A stretch of DNA of 64,000 bases, taken from the NCBI GenBank assembly GCA_965227775.1, contig OZ245777.1, positions 2,656,001 to 2,720,000 on the forward strand. Direction: 5' to 3'. This document shows, in pieces, positions 18,204 through 28,643 of this stretch. The notes beneath the pieces are model-generated. The model was not told where the DNA came from, did not search any database, and saw nothing but the letters and a program-made list of their open reading frames with translations. The DNA comes from Phycisphaerales bacterium. GTDB lineage: Bacteria; Planctomycetota; Phycisphaerae; Phycisphaerales; UBA1924. How positions within the stretch are numbered: position 1 is the stretch's first letter; every line of letters begins with the position of its first letter. The position numbers were made by a program, and so were the translations under genes.

Positions 18204-18749
18204 CTACTGCGCCCCAGCAGACCCGCCAATCGTCGTAATCGATCCGTCGAGCGTCACCTCACCGGACGCGGCATCGACCACGATCCCCGACAGCCCAATG
18301 CGGCCGACGCTCGTGGGCGTTCCACCGACGACGCTGGGGTAGAACTGTGCTCTCGCTCGCGAGTACCGCCAGCCATAGGACGCAGCGCCCGTGGCGTCAT
18401 CCCGGACGGCCAAGAGGGTCTGAGCATTTATCGCGTTTGCTGGCCACTCGTGCAAGTACGGCCCGCAGCCACCTGTAGGAGTCACATTCCCCTCGGCATC
18501 GGTCTTGTTCACAAGACGCGCGACAATCAGGGCCGCGTTGGCCGGCGCCCCATTGGATCGCTGCCCCAACGGCACGGTGTGCTCAGCGTTGTAGAGCTCG
18601 GCTGCCCGCTGAAGATGCCCAAGATCCTGCATGAGGCGGTGTGCGCGGGCGTTCTGAGTAGCGGACGCCACGCGGGGCACGGCGACCGCCGAAAGGATTC
18701 CGATAATCGCCAGCACGATCACGAGTTCGATGAGTGAGAAGCCCCGCAT
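18204..18749 (-). CDS. Prepilin-type (GspG/type IV pilin-like) protein carried by the prophage
   Basis: MRG-FSLIELVIVLAIIGILSAVAVP class III signal; LQRAAELY..PYL..WP GspG-like body. Confidence 0.85.
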   Translation of the reverse strand: MRGFSLIELVIVLAIIGILSAVAVPRVASATQNARAHRLMQDLGHLQRAAELYNAEHTVPLGQRSNGAPANAALIVARLVNKTDAEGNVTPTGGCGPYLHEWPANAINAQTLLAVRDDATGAASYGWRYSRARAQFYPSVVGGTPTSVGRIGLSGIVVDAASGEVTLDGSITTIGGSAGAQ

Positions 18750-19051
18750 TAACATTGCGTTAACTGTCGGAGCCCCAAACCCCCCAACTTAGGGGAATTA
18801 AACTCCCTCGCTCGCCAAAGTGCCAAATGCCAACGTGCCAAACGGTGCAATCGCACACGACGTACCGGAGACCACCAACGCGGAGCCAGGTAAGTGCGTA
18901 CGCTGTGTTGGTGTTTCACTGGGCGAGCCCAACGCCCCCGGTGTGACCGAACACGCGGGCAATCTTCCCCCGCCCCAAAAAAACTTCTAGCCGCTCACCC
19001 CGATAAGTACGACTCGTATCGTCTTGTGCTTCAAGAGCTTGCGCTTCTGTA

Positions 19052-19079
19052 ATTCAACATAACTGGTATTATCGGCGAA
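19052..19079 (-). other. Chromosome dimer resolution site dif (XerC/D), right attachment site
   Basis: Minus strand TTCGCCGATAA-TACCAG-TTATGTTGAAT has 11-6-11 architecture; right arm matches 10/11 of the E. coli XerD arm TTATGTTAAAT. Confidence 0.85.
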
Positions 19080-19164
19080 ATGTGGACAGCGGGGGTGCCG
19101 TCGGGTTCGGGATTTCTGCGGTCCAGGGGCAGTGCGGCTGGGGCATGGCCATCATTGACCACGC

Positions 19165-19974
19165 GTGACAACAAGCCCAAGCATCCCGAACGCCGTTGAC
19201 TCCAGCACCCCGCCCCGGTTGGCGATGAGGCTGTGGCTGTGGGCAGAGATGGCATTCCTGTTCGCCTTCTTGCCCGCGTTCGCCGCCGCGGTCATGGATC
19301 CAAAGAATAGATTCGACGGGCTGTTCAACGCCGTTGGGCTCAACGTGCTGGCCGAACCACCGGTAGCTCCCGGCGCGTTCCTGTTTCCGACGCTCATCGC
19401 CTCGGCCCTGCTCTTTGGCATCTGGCTGGCGATCGACCCGGCATATCCGGTGCGCCAGTTGTGGAACTGGTCCGCCCTCCGCAAGGACAGCAAGCGCATC
19501 TTCGGCTTGTTCGCGATCAACGCGGTTGGCATGCTTGCCGTGGCCTATGCGCTCTCCCAGCTGACCGGCTTGATGACCCGCACCTCGCGGAGCGGCCAAG
19601 AGATGGACGCGTTCCTGGCCTTGCCACGCGAGGCCCCCATTGTGTTGCTCTTCATCGCCATCGGCTATCCATGGCTGAGCGCCTACCCGCAGGAGATCAC
19701 CCACCGTGCCTTCTTCTTCCATCGCTACCGCCGGATCGTGCCGGATATCCGCGTGCTGTTCGTTCTCAACGTGCTGGCCTTCACCTGGCTGCACGCGCCG
19801 TTCTGGCACTGGATGGCCTTCGCAGTGACGCTGCCGGGCGGCGTGCTCTTCGCGTGGACATATCTGCGCACGAAGTCCACGCTCGCCGCCGGCATGGAGC
19901 ACGCCATCTACGGCTGGTGGCTGTTCTTCACGGGCATGGGGTGGTTCGTGTTTACCGGAAGCGTCGGCAGCTAG
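19165..19974 (+). CDS. CPBP (CAAX protease-like) intramembrane metalloprotease
   Basis: Multi-TM; YPQEITHRAFF, FTWLH and EHAIYG motifs. Confidence 0.8.
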   Translation: MTTSPSIPNAVDSSTPPRLAMRLWLWAEMAFLFAFLPAFAAAVMDPKNRFDGLFNAVGLNVLAEPPVAPGAFLFPTLIASALLFGIWLAIDPAYPVRQLWNWSALRKDSKRIFGLFAINAVGMLAVAYALSQLTGLMTRTSRSGQEMDAFLALPREAPIVLLFIAIGYPWLSAYPQEITHRAFFFHRYRRIVPDIRVLFVLNVLAFTWLHAPFWHWMAFAVTLPGGVLFAWTYLRTKSTLAAGMEHAIYGWWLFFTGMGWFVFTGSVGS

Positions 19975-20277
19975 TCACGCTCGAGTCGCTTCGTGAGCGC
20001 GCTGCGGAGCTTCTGGGCCGCGTCGTTGATCGCGGGGTAATAGTCGTCGGCGTGGGCCTCGACGGCGATCGGATCGCGCCCCCCGCGGCCGGGCTTCGAT
20101 GGTGCATCGCTTGTCGGCCGGCCCGTGCTTCTTCGAGCTGTTCTCGTCGGCGATGTGGACCTCAAATCCCGTGAGGTGCTTGTACAAGTGACCCACCTGC
20201 GACTCAAGCTGCTGCTCGACGTGCTGCTGCAGTGCACCGGACGACTCGACATTGGCGTAGTTGTATTGGATGTGCAT
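19971..20277 (-). pseudogene. hpf: HPF/RaiA ribosome-associated protein, frameshifted at a G6 run
   Basis: N-part MHIQ..EVHIADENSSKKHGPADKRCTIEARPRG and C-part RDPIAVEAHADDYYPAINDAAQKL are in different frames; GAGGAGG RBS. Confidence 0.75.
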
Positions 20278-20401
20278 GGGGCCTCCTCTATCGACGACGA
20301 TATGGTCGTCGCTCGTACGATTGTGTCGTCCGAGAGGTTCGCTCCACACACTGTCGGCCAACGCTGCCAGTTGGTCCGACCATGTTGTAGGAAGACCACT
20401 C

Positions 20402-21028
20402 ATGATGATGCCCGACTGTCCCGTTGCGGAGCTTGCTGAAGCAAATGAGTTTGTCTTGCTGGTTGAACGCTACAGGAATGGCACTGAGTCCATTACCCGG
20501 GTCATCGAGTGCTTGCGCGCCCACGAATCAGACTGCGGCGTTGAGCTCATCGCTCCAGGCTTGCCGTACACGGTTATCTATCCTGATGTGGATTCGAGTG
20601 CGATAGTCGTGCGTGGTGATGCGCGATTCGAGCACCTCGTCGACCTTCCGGATGAGCCGTCGTTGGGCCAGGTGTTTGCTGCGATCGAACGGGGAGAAGA
20701 GTTGCCATCAGCCAGATCAGATGCCTGGGACGAGATGGAAGCTCAACTATCCCCGTTCCTCTCGCGAACATGGGCTCTCCTTTGGGCGAGCCATCCTGAC
20801 GATTGCGACCTCTCAGTCGATGATACTTACTTTGTCCATGCGACGGCACGCGCCTACGGAGCGTTGTACGCACGATGGGCAAACAACACCACTTGGCTTG
20901 GACTGCAAGGTTGGGAGTACACCCACTTTTACTACAGCATGGGGCTGACCGAGGATTTCTACCAGTGGCTTCAGACCCTGCATGCGGTGGTCGTCGAGAA
21001 GACCAGGCAGCGTGCCAGCGCTGGGTAG
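20402..21028 (+). CDS. Hypothetical protein
   Basis: ~208-aa ORF with normal composition; no family recognised. Confidence 0.55.
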   Translation: MMMPDCPVAELAEANEFVLLVERYRNGTESITRVIECLRAHESDCGVELIAPGLPYTVIYPDVDSSAIVVRGDARFEHLVDLPDEPSLGQVFAAIERGEELPSARSDAWDEMEAQLSPFLSRTWALLWASHPDDCDLSVDDTYFVHATARAYGALYARWANNTTWLGLQGWEYTHFYYSMGLTEDFYQWLQTLHAVVVEKTRQRASAG

Positions 21029-21121
21029 GACGCAGTTTCTGTACGATGCAGGCCGCAGCGTGCCTTCACGCGTCTCGACCACCCCCCTACCCTCTCCCAC
21101 CACTCCAAAGGACCCCCAAAC

Positions 21122-22756
21122 ATGACCCAAGCCGCCGCTCCCGCGTCCAGCACCGACACGCACGTCACCCTGCCCGCCGACAGCAACCAGGCCCGCGGCA
21201 TCGCCCGCTACGCCATCGACTTCATGGCCTCGGGCACGCCCGACCAGAGCGTGCTGGATCGGACAAACCTCTTCTACACCGACGCGTGCCTCTGCGGCGT
21301 GAGTGCTCTGGCCCTTCGCACCAACGCCCCCACCATCTTGCGTGCCGAGGCGCTCGAGTACGCCGTGCCCGAGGGGCACACCGGCAAGCCGCTGGGCACC
21401 GCGACGACGCATGGCGCGACCTGCTTCGGGTCGAGCCAGCGGGTAAAGGCCGAGAAGGCGATCCTCGCGAACGCCAACGCGGTGCGCGAGTGGGATAGCA
21501 ACGGCACGAATTTCGGATACAACCCCGCCCTCGGCCACACGGCCGGCGAGTTCGGGCACAACGACTTCTACGCCGTGCCGGTGGCGGCGGCCCAGATGCT
21601 CGGCGCGGGCGGCGACGTCGCGCTCAAGGGCATGGTGTGCCTCGATGAGATCCGCGGCCGCTTGGCCGAGGTGTTCAGCCTCAAGACGTACAAGGTCGAC
21701 CACGTCGTGCACGGCGCGATCGCCAGCGCGGCCGTGTTCGGCGCGATGCTCGGCGCGACGGAAGACCAGATCGAGCGTGCGATCGGCATGGTCGTGGCCC
21801 ACTACATCCCGTTCCGTGCTATCCGCGCGGGCAAGCAGCTCAGCGATAGCAAGGGCGCCAGCGCTGCGATCAGCACCGAGGTCGCGATCCTCAGCATGAA
21901 GCGTGCGATGGCCGGCTTCCTGGGCCCGCGCGACATCTTCCGCAACCCCGAGGCGATCTTCCGCATCTTCGAGGGGCCTGGGCAGATGTTCAAGGCCGTG
22001 AACGCGAGCGACGCCAACACCGAGCAGGCGGACGCCTCGCCGTTCGATCTCGTGCTGGCAACCTCGGGCAACGACTTCGCCGTCATGGGCATGCACTTCA
22101 AGCTGGGCCTGTACGAGCACCAGAGCGCGGGCGCGTTGCAGGCGGTCATCGACCTGTTCACGAAGAATCCGAGCCTGCTCGAGCAGGCCGACGGCGGCGC
22201 GATCAAGAACATCAACATCGTCGCGTACGAGCCCGCTTTCGGCATCATTGGCGATCCGGCCAAGCGCACCCCCACGACCCGCCAGAGCGCCGACCACAGC
22301 ATGGTCTACATCGTCTCGACGCTCATCCGCAAGGCCCTCGAGACCAAGACCGTCAACTGGAAGGACCTTATCCTCACGCCCTACGACTACGACCGCGCGT
22401 CGATCCATAACCCCGTGACGCGGGCTCTGATGGACAAGATCACCTTCGAGCACGGCGGCGACGAGTACGACAGCCGCTACCCCGACGGCATCCCCACCAG
22501 CATGGTCATCACCGATACGAGCGGCAACACGCACGACTCGGGCCTGGTCATGTACCCCGCCGGCCACGCCCGCAACACGACCGCTGACCTGCACGACATC
22601 CTGGCCAACAAGTTCCGCGTGATGGGCTCGCTGGCGGGCGACGCCGACGCGATCGTGGGCCGCTTCGAGAACTTCGCGAGCAAGAGCGCGGCCGAGGTCG
22701 CCGGGGTGCACGATTTCGAGATCGCGTACAAGGATGATTTCGACGACGCGGAGTAG
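21122..22756 (+). CDS. prpD: MmgE/PrpD family (2-methylcitrate dehydratase-like)
   Basis: AVREWDSNGT, GEFGHND, IRAGKQLSDSKG, TRQSADHS motifs; strong codon bias. Confidence 0.85.
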   Translation: MTQAAAPASSTDTHVTLPADSNQARGIARYAIDFMASGTPDQSVLDRTNLFYTDACLCGVSALALRTNAPTILRAEALEYAVPEGHTGKPLGTATTHGATCFGSSQRVKAEKAILANANAVREWDSNGTNFGYNPALGHTAGEFGHNDFYAVPVAAAQMLGAGGDVALKGMVCLDEIRGRLAEVFSLKTYKVDHVVHGAIASAAVFGAMLGATEDQIERAIGMVVAHYIPFRAIRAGKQLSDSKGASAAISTEVAILSMKRAMAGFLGPRDIFRNPEAIFRIFEGPGQMFKAVNASDANTEQADASPFDLVLATSGNDFAVMGMHFKLGLYEHQSAGALQAVIDLFTKNPSLLEQADGGAIKNINIVAYEPAFGIIGDPAKRTPTTRQSADHSMVYIVSTLIRKALETKTVNWKDLILTPYDYDRASIHNPVTRALMDKITFEHGGDEYDSRYPDGIPTSMVITDTSGNTHDSGLVMYPAGHARNTTADLHDILANKFRVMGSLAGDADAIVGRFENFASKSAAEVAGVHDFEIAYKDDFDDAE

Positions 22757-23120
22757 TGCCTCATGTCAGAAGGAGATAAACGGTTCACGAATGATCACGA
22801 GGCAACTGGAGCCCGATCGAACTTCAGAGAGCGGACTGGTCTTGCACGATGGAGGGCGCAGCAGTTCTTCCGGGATCGGTAAACGAGCACCGCGGCCAAC
22901 CGGCGCGACCCCACGAATCACTTCCGAGCACCCACCCAACGCGGGCCATGGCGCGACGCTGTTGGCGAGCGCCCGCGCGATCACGCCCGAGCACGGCACG
23001 CGGGCACAAGTTCGATAGCGCGTCTGCGGCCACCCGTGGCCGATCCGGGCTCGCGGTGGCCAATTGGCCTGCCGCGGCCTTCAGCGGCCCGAAACGCGCT
23101 GCGTTTCGGGCCCGACGTCG

Positions 23121-23126
23121 TATAAT
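23121..23126 (+). promoter_or_regulatory. Possible -10 box of pilin-like/HK/RR operon
   Basis: TATAAT 26 nt before GTG at 23152. Confidence 0.35.
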
Positions 23127-23151
23127 CGGGCAATCTCAGCGGGGGTCATTC

Positions 23152-23958
23152 GTGCCGGATCCAGTGTTGTACCCAAGGCCGAGCAGTCGGACGTCGCGAG
23201 GGCACGGCTCAACGCGCGCGCGCCGCGGCGTGACGCTAATGGAGCTACTCGTCGTGCTCGCCCTGCTGGGCGTGCTCCTTGGCATCCTGATACCGGTGCT
23301 GAGCGGCGCCATCGATTCGGCCCGCTCGTTCCGCTGTCAGATGTCGCTGCGCAACGTCGCGTACGACCTGCATATGTTCGTCGACCCGAGGCTCGACCAG
23401 GGCCGCACGCACGACCCTTGCACCCGGCACGGACACGTCGCGCTCGAGACGTTCCAGGAGAGCTTGTACGGCATCGACGAGTACTGGCGGTACGGGTCGG
23501 GCCGCTCGCAGGTGGCCCTTGACGCTGCCCACGATGTGCCGCTGCGGTGCGCGGCCGTGCGAGGCGACCTGGTGCTGCGGCGCGATGCGCCGTGCTCGGG
23601 CGGCGGGGTCGCCAGCTGGGACACGGTGTCGTACACCTTCAATGCCAGGCTGCACCGCGTCGAGGGGGCCGGGGGCCGCAGCACGAGCACGTGCCTGAGC
23701 GAACGCACGATCGGCGAGTCGATGGTGCCGCTGGCGTGGGACGTCGACGGCCGCGAGGCGACGCGCCGCGGCATCACGCCGGTGTACTCGGCCCCGCCCA
23801 CCGATGGCGACACGATCTACGACGACGGGCGGATGTGGATGCCCGCGTTGCGCCACGGCTCGGGCACCAACGTCGCGTTCCTCGATGGCCACGTCGACTC
23901 GTCGCGCACGCCGCTGGAAGAGTCTAGTTGGCGGTGGGGCTTCGCGCAATCGCACTAA
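23152..23958 (+). CDS. Prepilin-type protein with C-terminal H-X9-DG motif
   Basis: RRG-VTLMELLVVLALLGVLLGILIPVL; CQMSLRNV; RHGSGTNVAFLDGHV. Confidence 0.82.
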   Translation: MPDPVLYPRPSSRTSRGHGSTRARRGVTLMELLVVLALLGVLLGILIPVLSGAIDSARSFRCQMSLRNVAYDLHMFVDPRLDQGRTHDPCTRHGHVALETFQESLYGIDEYWRYGSGRSQVALDAAHDVPLRCAAVRGDLVLRRDAPCSGGGVASWDTVSYTFNARLHRVEGAGGRSTSTCLSERTIGESMVPLAWDVDGREATRRGITPVYSAPPTDGDTIYDDGRMWMPALRHGSGTNVAFLDGHVDSSRTPLEESSWRWGFAQSH

Positions 23959-24018
23959 TGGGCGGCCCGCGTTCGACCCCGTATCGCCCCGCCCGTCGCC
24001 GCGACGCAGGTTCGTGAC

Positions 24019-25497
24019 ATGGCCCGGCACTCGCTCAAAACCAGATTCGCATGCCTGCTGGCGGCCTTCGGCGTTGTCGTCGCCATCAACATCGCGACGA
24101 TGCTCTGGGGCCTGGTTTTTCTGTCGCGGCAGCTCGACCAGCCGATGCGGGCGACCGAGACGGCAATGCGGCTCCTGAGCACGGCCAAGCGGGCCGCCGG
24201 CACGCAGCACAACCTCATCGCCGAGGGCACGGAGGCGGCGGCCATCGGGCCGGCCAGGCCTGCGAGCGACGAGGCGGACACCATCGATCGCGATCTCGTG
24301 CTCGCAGAAGGCGCGAAGGCCAGACAGGCCGCCGCAGACCTGATCGAAGCGTCCAATCTGGAGATCGTGCTGGGACGGGGCGCGCCGCGATACTTGGCCA
24401 GCCGCATCGCGCTCGCCGAGGCGTCGGTTCGTTCGTGGCTGGACACCGGCGACGAGGCCGACCGCGACGAAGCGCTCGACATGCTGTTCGACATCCACGA
24501 GCGGATCGAGGTGACCGAGCAGAACGTCATCGCGAACGCGGAGCGGGCCAGCGACCACACGGACGAAATGCGTGAGCGCGTGCTGTTTTCGCTCGCCGCG
24601 AGCGTATCGATCGCGCTGCTGTCGGGCCTGCTCGCGGTGCAGCTCGTGCGCCGGTGGGTGCTGCTGCAAGTCGCCGAGCTCCGCGCCGCCACCGAGCGGT
24701 TCGCCCGAGGCGAGCTGGACTACCGCGTCGATGTGCTCGGAAAGGGCGAGCTGGCCGAACTCGCTGGCGAATTCAACGCCATGGCCGGCACGATCTCCTC
24801 GATGCAGGCCGAACGAATCGAGCGAGAGCGGCTGGCCGCGTTCGGCACGGCGACCGGCCGCATCGTGCACAACATCAAGAGCCCCCTGTCGGGCATCCGA
24901 ATGATGGCCGAACTCGCCGAGAGCGAGCCGAACGACACCGAGCGTACCGAGCAGCTTTCGCGCATCGTGTCGACCGTCGATCGCGTGAACGTGTGGCTCA
25001 AGCGCCTGCTGGACCTCTCGCGGCCCGAGGAGCTCAACGTTTCGAACCTCGATCCGCGGCGGTGGCTGGTCGAGTCGCTTGCCTCGCTGGCTGATCGGGC
25101 CAGGGCTGCCGACGTGGAGCTCGAGATCGATACCAAAGACGCCCCCGCCGAGGCATCCATCGACGCCGCCCAGCTCGAACAAGCGATCATCGCGCTGGTC
25201 TCAAATGCGCTCGATGCAACCCCCGGCGGCCGTTCGGTGGCCGTCCGCGCCTGGATCGAGAACGGCGAGTCGGCCCCCGCGCGATGGGGCATCGACGTCC
25301 GAGATGGCGGGCCCGGCGTGCCGCCCGAGGTCGAGGAGAAGCTCTTTCAGCCCTACTTCACGACGAAGCCGCAGGGCAATGGCATCGGGCTTGCAATGGT
25401 GCAGAAGGTCGCGCGGGACCACGGCGGTGATGCCTGGCTGCGCGACGCTGGCGTGGGCCGCGGCGCGGTGTTCGGCGTCTGGCTCCCGATAGAATGA
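24019..25497 (+). CDS. HAMP-domain sensor histidine kinase
   Basis: Two TMs, HAMP, H-box VHNIKSPL, NALDA, DGGPG, PYFTTK, GIGL. Confidence 0.92.
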   Translation: MARHSLKTRFACLLAAFGVVVAINIATMLWGLVFLSRQLDQPMRATETAMRLLSTAKRAAGTQHNLIAEGTEAAAIGPARPASDEADTIDRDLVLAEGAKARQAAADLIEASNLEIVLGRGAPRYLASRIALAEASVRSWLDTGDEADRDEALDMLFDIHERIEVTEQNVIANAERASDHTDEMRERVLFSLAASVSIALLSGLLAVQLVRRWVLLQVAELRAATERFARGELDYRVDVLGKGELAELAGEFNAMAGTISSMQAERIERERLAAFGTATGRIVHNIKSPLSGIRMMAELAESEPNDTERTEQLSRIVSTVDRVNVWLKRLLDLSRPEELNVSNLDPRRWLVESLASLADRARAADVELEIDTKDAPAEASIDAAQLEQAIIALVSNALDATPGGRSVAVRAWIENGESAPARWGIDVRDGGPGVPPEVEEKLFQPYFTTKPQGNGIGLAMVQKVARDHGGDAWLRDAGVGRGAVFGVWLPIE

Positions 25498-25536
25498 GCA
25501 CCAGGCGGGCCAGCAGTGGCCGCGCGGAGGCCACCG

Positions 25537-26960
<1,424 letters not shown>

Positions 26961-26964
<4 letters not shown>

Positions 26965-28433
26965 CACGCCAACGCTCCACGATCTTTGCGACGCTCGCCG
27001 CGCTCTTGGTCTCTGCGGCCCTGCACGCGGATCCGCTGGAAGAGATCTGGAACGACCTCATCGGCGACGCGGTTCTCCGGCCCACCGATCGTGGCGGTTT
27101 CGGCTCGGTGCACCCCGATGCCGTCTTGCCCGACGTCGTATCGCTTGGGATCGGCGGCTGGCAACCCTTCTCGCCGGCGAGTGATCCGTATTCGGGCTTC
27201 CTGGTGGAGAGCCGGGGCTCGGACATCTTCCGCGTGCAACTCGTGCTCGAGGGGCTCGTCAATCCGCCCGGCACGCTGGGGCTAAGCGGCCAGCCATTCG
27301 ATCCCTACCGCTTCGGACCCAGCCCACTCTTCGGATTCATCGAGCTCGACGTCGATGACCGCAAGGACACCGGCGGGCACCTGGGCGCCTCGGCGGAGAG
27401 CCGATTCATGGCCAACGTGGCGCGGTTTGGTTCCAGTCCCGAGGGCTCGATCGGCGAACGCATCGCGACCTCCGCCGACGACTACGACCGAAATCTGTTC
27501 ACGGGCCCCCAGTTCGAGCGGAGCGGTGCCGACTGGTCGCTCGCATTCTGCGGTTGCTCATCGGTTACGCTCGTCAGCGAGCAGGGCAACGGGAACGGGC
27601 TTCTTGAGGCCGGAGAAACCATGATCGTGCGCGGCCGGTTTTTCGCACGCTCGGAGGGCTACATCCAGGGCAGCGGCATGAGCGGCGGCTCCGTGCCGGG
27701 CGCGTACGACCCTTGGGTTGAGATCCGATTCGAGCACGACGCGGGAGGCGACCAAACCGTCGTTACCTTTGTCGGGGCCGTGACCAATCGCGGCTACGGC
27801 GAACTCACGGGCACGCCGACGCCACCGGTGAACTTCCGCGCCGATGACGGCTGGAGCATCGAGGAGGGCGTGACCGACCTCATCGACGCGGCGAGCCGAC
27901 CTTTCGGCGGCGAGGCGTGGCAGTTGATCGAGGACTGGGATGGCCGCGATGCCGACGACTCGCTCGAGCCCGTCGACTGGAGCGCTACGGCCCTCCTCGG
28001 AACGAGCTACACCGACCAGTTTGTTGACGGCCTGTTCGTGTGGACCGATGCTGGATTCGACCTGAAGACTGGCGACTTCGACGGCGACTCGTTCGCGGGC
28101 CCGCTCGACCAGGAGCAACTACGCAACTGGGTCTACACACAGGATGGCAGTGGACTCGATGCCGATGGAGTTAAGAACGGTGTCGTGACGCTTGACGACA
28201 CTCCGTTTAATTTCTCGCTCTACGACCTCGACGCCGACGGTCGCGTACGGCACCAAGACCTGGCCGCGTACGGACCGCGGGCCGACCTCACGGGCGACGG
28301 TGCGCTGGACATCTTCGACTTCCTTGCGTTCCAGAATCTGTTCGATGCTGGCGACCTGCGCGCTGACTTCGATTTCAGCGAGACGCTGGATATCTTCGAC
28401 TTCCTTGCGTTCCAGAACGCGTTCGATGGATGA
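26961..28433 (+). CDS. Secreted protein with C-terminal dockerin-type double repeat
   Basis: Signal peptide; ends ADLTGDGALDIFDFLAFQNLF..ADFDFSETLDIFDFLAFQNAFDG. Confidence 0.82.
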
Positions 28434-28441
28434 AGGATCAT

Positions 28442-28459
28442 GTGGCCATGAGCGGCCAC
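28442..28459. promoter_or_regulatory. Candidate enhancer (UAS) palindrome
   Basis: GTGGCC-N6-GGCCAC about 100 bp upstream of the sigma54 promoter. Confidence 0.45.
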
Positions 28460-28551
28460 CATGCAAAGGCGTGCTGGCCAGCGATAGCCCGGAGCAATGC
28501 CACAGTCTCGAGCAAACGCCCTTGCCTTCGCGGCAGGGGCGTGTTTCGTTC

Positions 28552-28566
28552 TGGCACGGCGATTGC
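28552..28566 (+). promoter_or_regulatory. Sigma54 (-24/-12) promoter
   Basis: TGGCACGGCGATTGC matches TGGCACGNNNNTTGC exactly. Confidence 0.8.
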
Positions 28567-28643
28567 CATGTGGTGTGGTGCGTCGCGACCGGAGGAGGAT
28601 CGCGGCGCACGAAGCACTCCCCACCAACCCCAGGAGAATGAAG

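Larger units (their letters stand above)
8812..19069 (+). mobile_element. Integrated filamentous phage (inovirus-like prophage), ~10.24 kb, inserted at a dif-like site
   Basis: Rep_trans, small hydrophobic coat-like ORFs, pIII/pVI-like, Zot ATPase and secretin in inovirus order; flanked by exact repeat AATTCAACATAACTGGTAT; no integrase. Confidence 0.92.

Noticed and set aside
18996..19023. Inverted XerC-arm-like CCGATAA suggesting a CTX-type hairpin attP
   Set aside because: Only 7 bp match, there is no XerD arm, it cannot pair with the phage-side arm, and GCCGATAA also occurs by chance elsewhere (e.g. 7761)
8812..19069. Interpretation as an ICE/IME or type II secretion operon
   Set aside because: No integrase, VirB4, coupling protein or GspE/F; coat-like genes plus Zot fit an inovirus
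20813..22711. 632-aa ORF antisense to prpD
   Set aside because: Shadow ORF with no recognisable motifs
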